The position numbers and the translations under genes are program-made. A stretch of 64,000 bases of DNA from Balanoglossus misakiensis. Its lineage: Eukaryota; Animalia; Hemichordata. The stretch lies in contig CM082590.2 of NCBI GenBank assembly GCA_040954595.2, positions 6,324,001 to 6,388,000 of the forward strand. The letters run 5' to 3'. Positions within the stretch are counted from its first letter, which is position 1. Every line of letters begins with the position of its first letter. Under the pieces are notes generated by a model, which saw nothing but the letters and a program-made list of their open reading frames with translations, made no database searches and was not told the origin of the DNA. Positions 62,075-64,000 of the stretch are shown here, piece after piece.

Positions 62075-64000
62075 ACTCATGGGTTATGGCTCATGGAAAT
62101 CATCAAAAATGACGATTTTTCGACTTTGGGAATTTTCAAAATTTGGCCATTTTTCACAAAAAATCATGGGTTAGCTCATGAAAATCATCAAAAGATGAAT
62201 ATTTTTCAACTTTGGGAATTTTCAAAATTTGGCCATTTTTCACAAAAAATCATGGGTTATAGCTCATGAAAATCATCAAAAGATGAATATTTTTCAACTT
62301 TGGGAATTTTCAAAATTTGGCCATTTTTCACAAAAAATCATGGGTTATAGCTCATGAAAATCATCAAAAAGTGACAATTTTTCGACTATGGGAATTTTCA
62401 AAATTTGGCCATTTTTTCACAAAAAATCATGGGTTATAGCTCATGAAAATCATCAAAAAATCAATATTTTTCAACTTTGGGAATTTTCAAAATTTGGCCA
62501 TTTTTCACAAAAAATCATGGGTTATAGCTCATGAAAATCATCAAAAAATGACAATTTTTCAACTTTGGGAATTTTCAAAATTTGGCCATTTTTCACAAAA
62601 AATCATGGGTTATAGCTCATGAAAATCATCAAAAAATGACAATTTTTCAACTTTGGGAATTTTCAAAATTTGGCCATTTTTCACAAAAAATCATGGGTTA
62701 TAGCTCATGAAAATCATCAAAAAATGACAATTTTTCGACTATGGGAATTTTCAAAATTTGGCCATTTTTCACAAAAAATCATGGGTTATAGCTCATGAAA
62801 ATCATCAAAAGATGACTATTTTTCAACTTTGGGAATTTTCAAAATTTGGCCATTTTTCACAAAAAATCATGGATTATAGCTCATGAAAATCATCAAAAGA
62901 TGAACATTTTTCGACTATGGGAATTTTCAAAATTTGGCCATTTTTCACAAAAAATCATGGGTTATAGCTCATGAAAATCATCAAAAAATGACAATTTTTC
63001 GACTATGGGAATTTTCAAAATTTGGCCATTTTTTCACAAAAAATCATGGGTTATAGCTCATGAAAATCATCAAAAAATCAATATTTTTCAACTTTGGGAA
63101 TTTTCAAAATTTGGCCATTTTTCACAAAAAATCATGGGTTATAGCTCATGAAAATCATCAAAAAAATGACAAATTTTTCGACTATGGGAATTTTCAAAAT
63201 TTGGCCATTTTTCACAAAAAATCATGGGTTATAGCTCATGAAAATCATCAAAAAATGACTATTTTTCAACTTTGGGAATTTTCAAAGTTTGGCCATTTTT
63301 CACAAAAAATCATGGGTTATAGCTCATGAAAATCATCAAAAAATGACAATTTTTCAACTTTGGGAATTTTCAAAATTTGGCCATTTTTCACAAAAAATCA
63401 TGGGTTATAGCTCATGAAAATCATCAAAAAATGACAATTTTTCGTCTATGGGAATGTTCAAAATTTGGCCATTTTTTCACAAAAAATCATGGGTTATAGC
63501 TCATGAAAATCATCAAAAGATGAATATTCTTCAACTTTGGGAATTTTCAAAATTTGGCCATTTTTCACAAAAAATCATGGGTTGTAGCTCATGAAAATCA
63601 TCAAAAGATGAATATTTTTCAACTTTGGGAATTTTCAAAATTTGGCCATTTTTCACAAAAAATCATGGGTTATAGCTCATGAAAATCATCAAAAGATGAA
63701 TATTTTTCAACTTTGGGAATTTTCAAAATTTGGCCATTTTTCACAAAAAATCATGGGTTATAGCTCATGAAAATCATCAAAAAGTGACAATTTTTCGACT
63801 ATGGGAATTTTCAAAATTTGGCCATTTTTTCACAAAAAATCATGGGTTATAGCTCATGAAAATCATCAAAAAATCAATATTTTTCAACTTTGGGAATTTT
63901 CAAAATTTGGCCATTTTTCACAAAAAATCATGGGTTATAGCTCATGAAAATCATCAAAAAATGACAATTTTTCAACTTTGGGAATTTTCAAAATTTGGCC
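62075..64000. repeat. AT-rich satellite, about 88-bp monomer, about 22 copies, runs off the window end
   Basis: GGGTTATAGCTCATGAAAATCATC...GGGAATTTTCAAAATTTGGCC... starting at 62254, 62342, 62431, 62519 etc. Confidence 0.97.

Noticed and set aside
62075-64000. CRISPR-like regular repeat
   Set aside because: No unique spacers, eukaryotic context and no cas genes; it is a satellite.

Overview
Eukaryotic (metazoan, probably invertebrate) genomic DNA with spliceosomal introns and a heavy load of non-autonomous DNA transposons. Genes in order: 3' end of PDCD6IP/ALIX (+), intronless HEXIM (-), FMC1 (-, three small coding exons mostly missed by the ORF track) head-to-head with MTRR (+), SLC34A Na/Pi cotransporter (+), ATP5PF (+) and PPCS (+). 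Between SLC34A and ATP5PF lie a near-full-length CR1/L2-group LINE and an orphan rDNA fragment (probable 5'ETS plus 18S 5' end) sandwiched between two copies of a small spliced unit. The window ends in an 88-bp satellite. Most unusual observations: four tandem decoy copies of an MTRR splice acceptor that would act as poison exons, similar acceptor duplications in three other genes, a 5x48-aa Cys/His repeat inserted in MTRR, and a U12-type intron in PPCS. All coordinates were read by eye and all family names come from recognition, not database searches.
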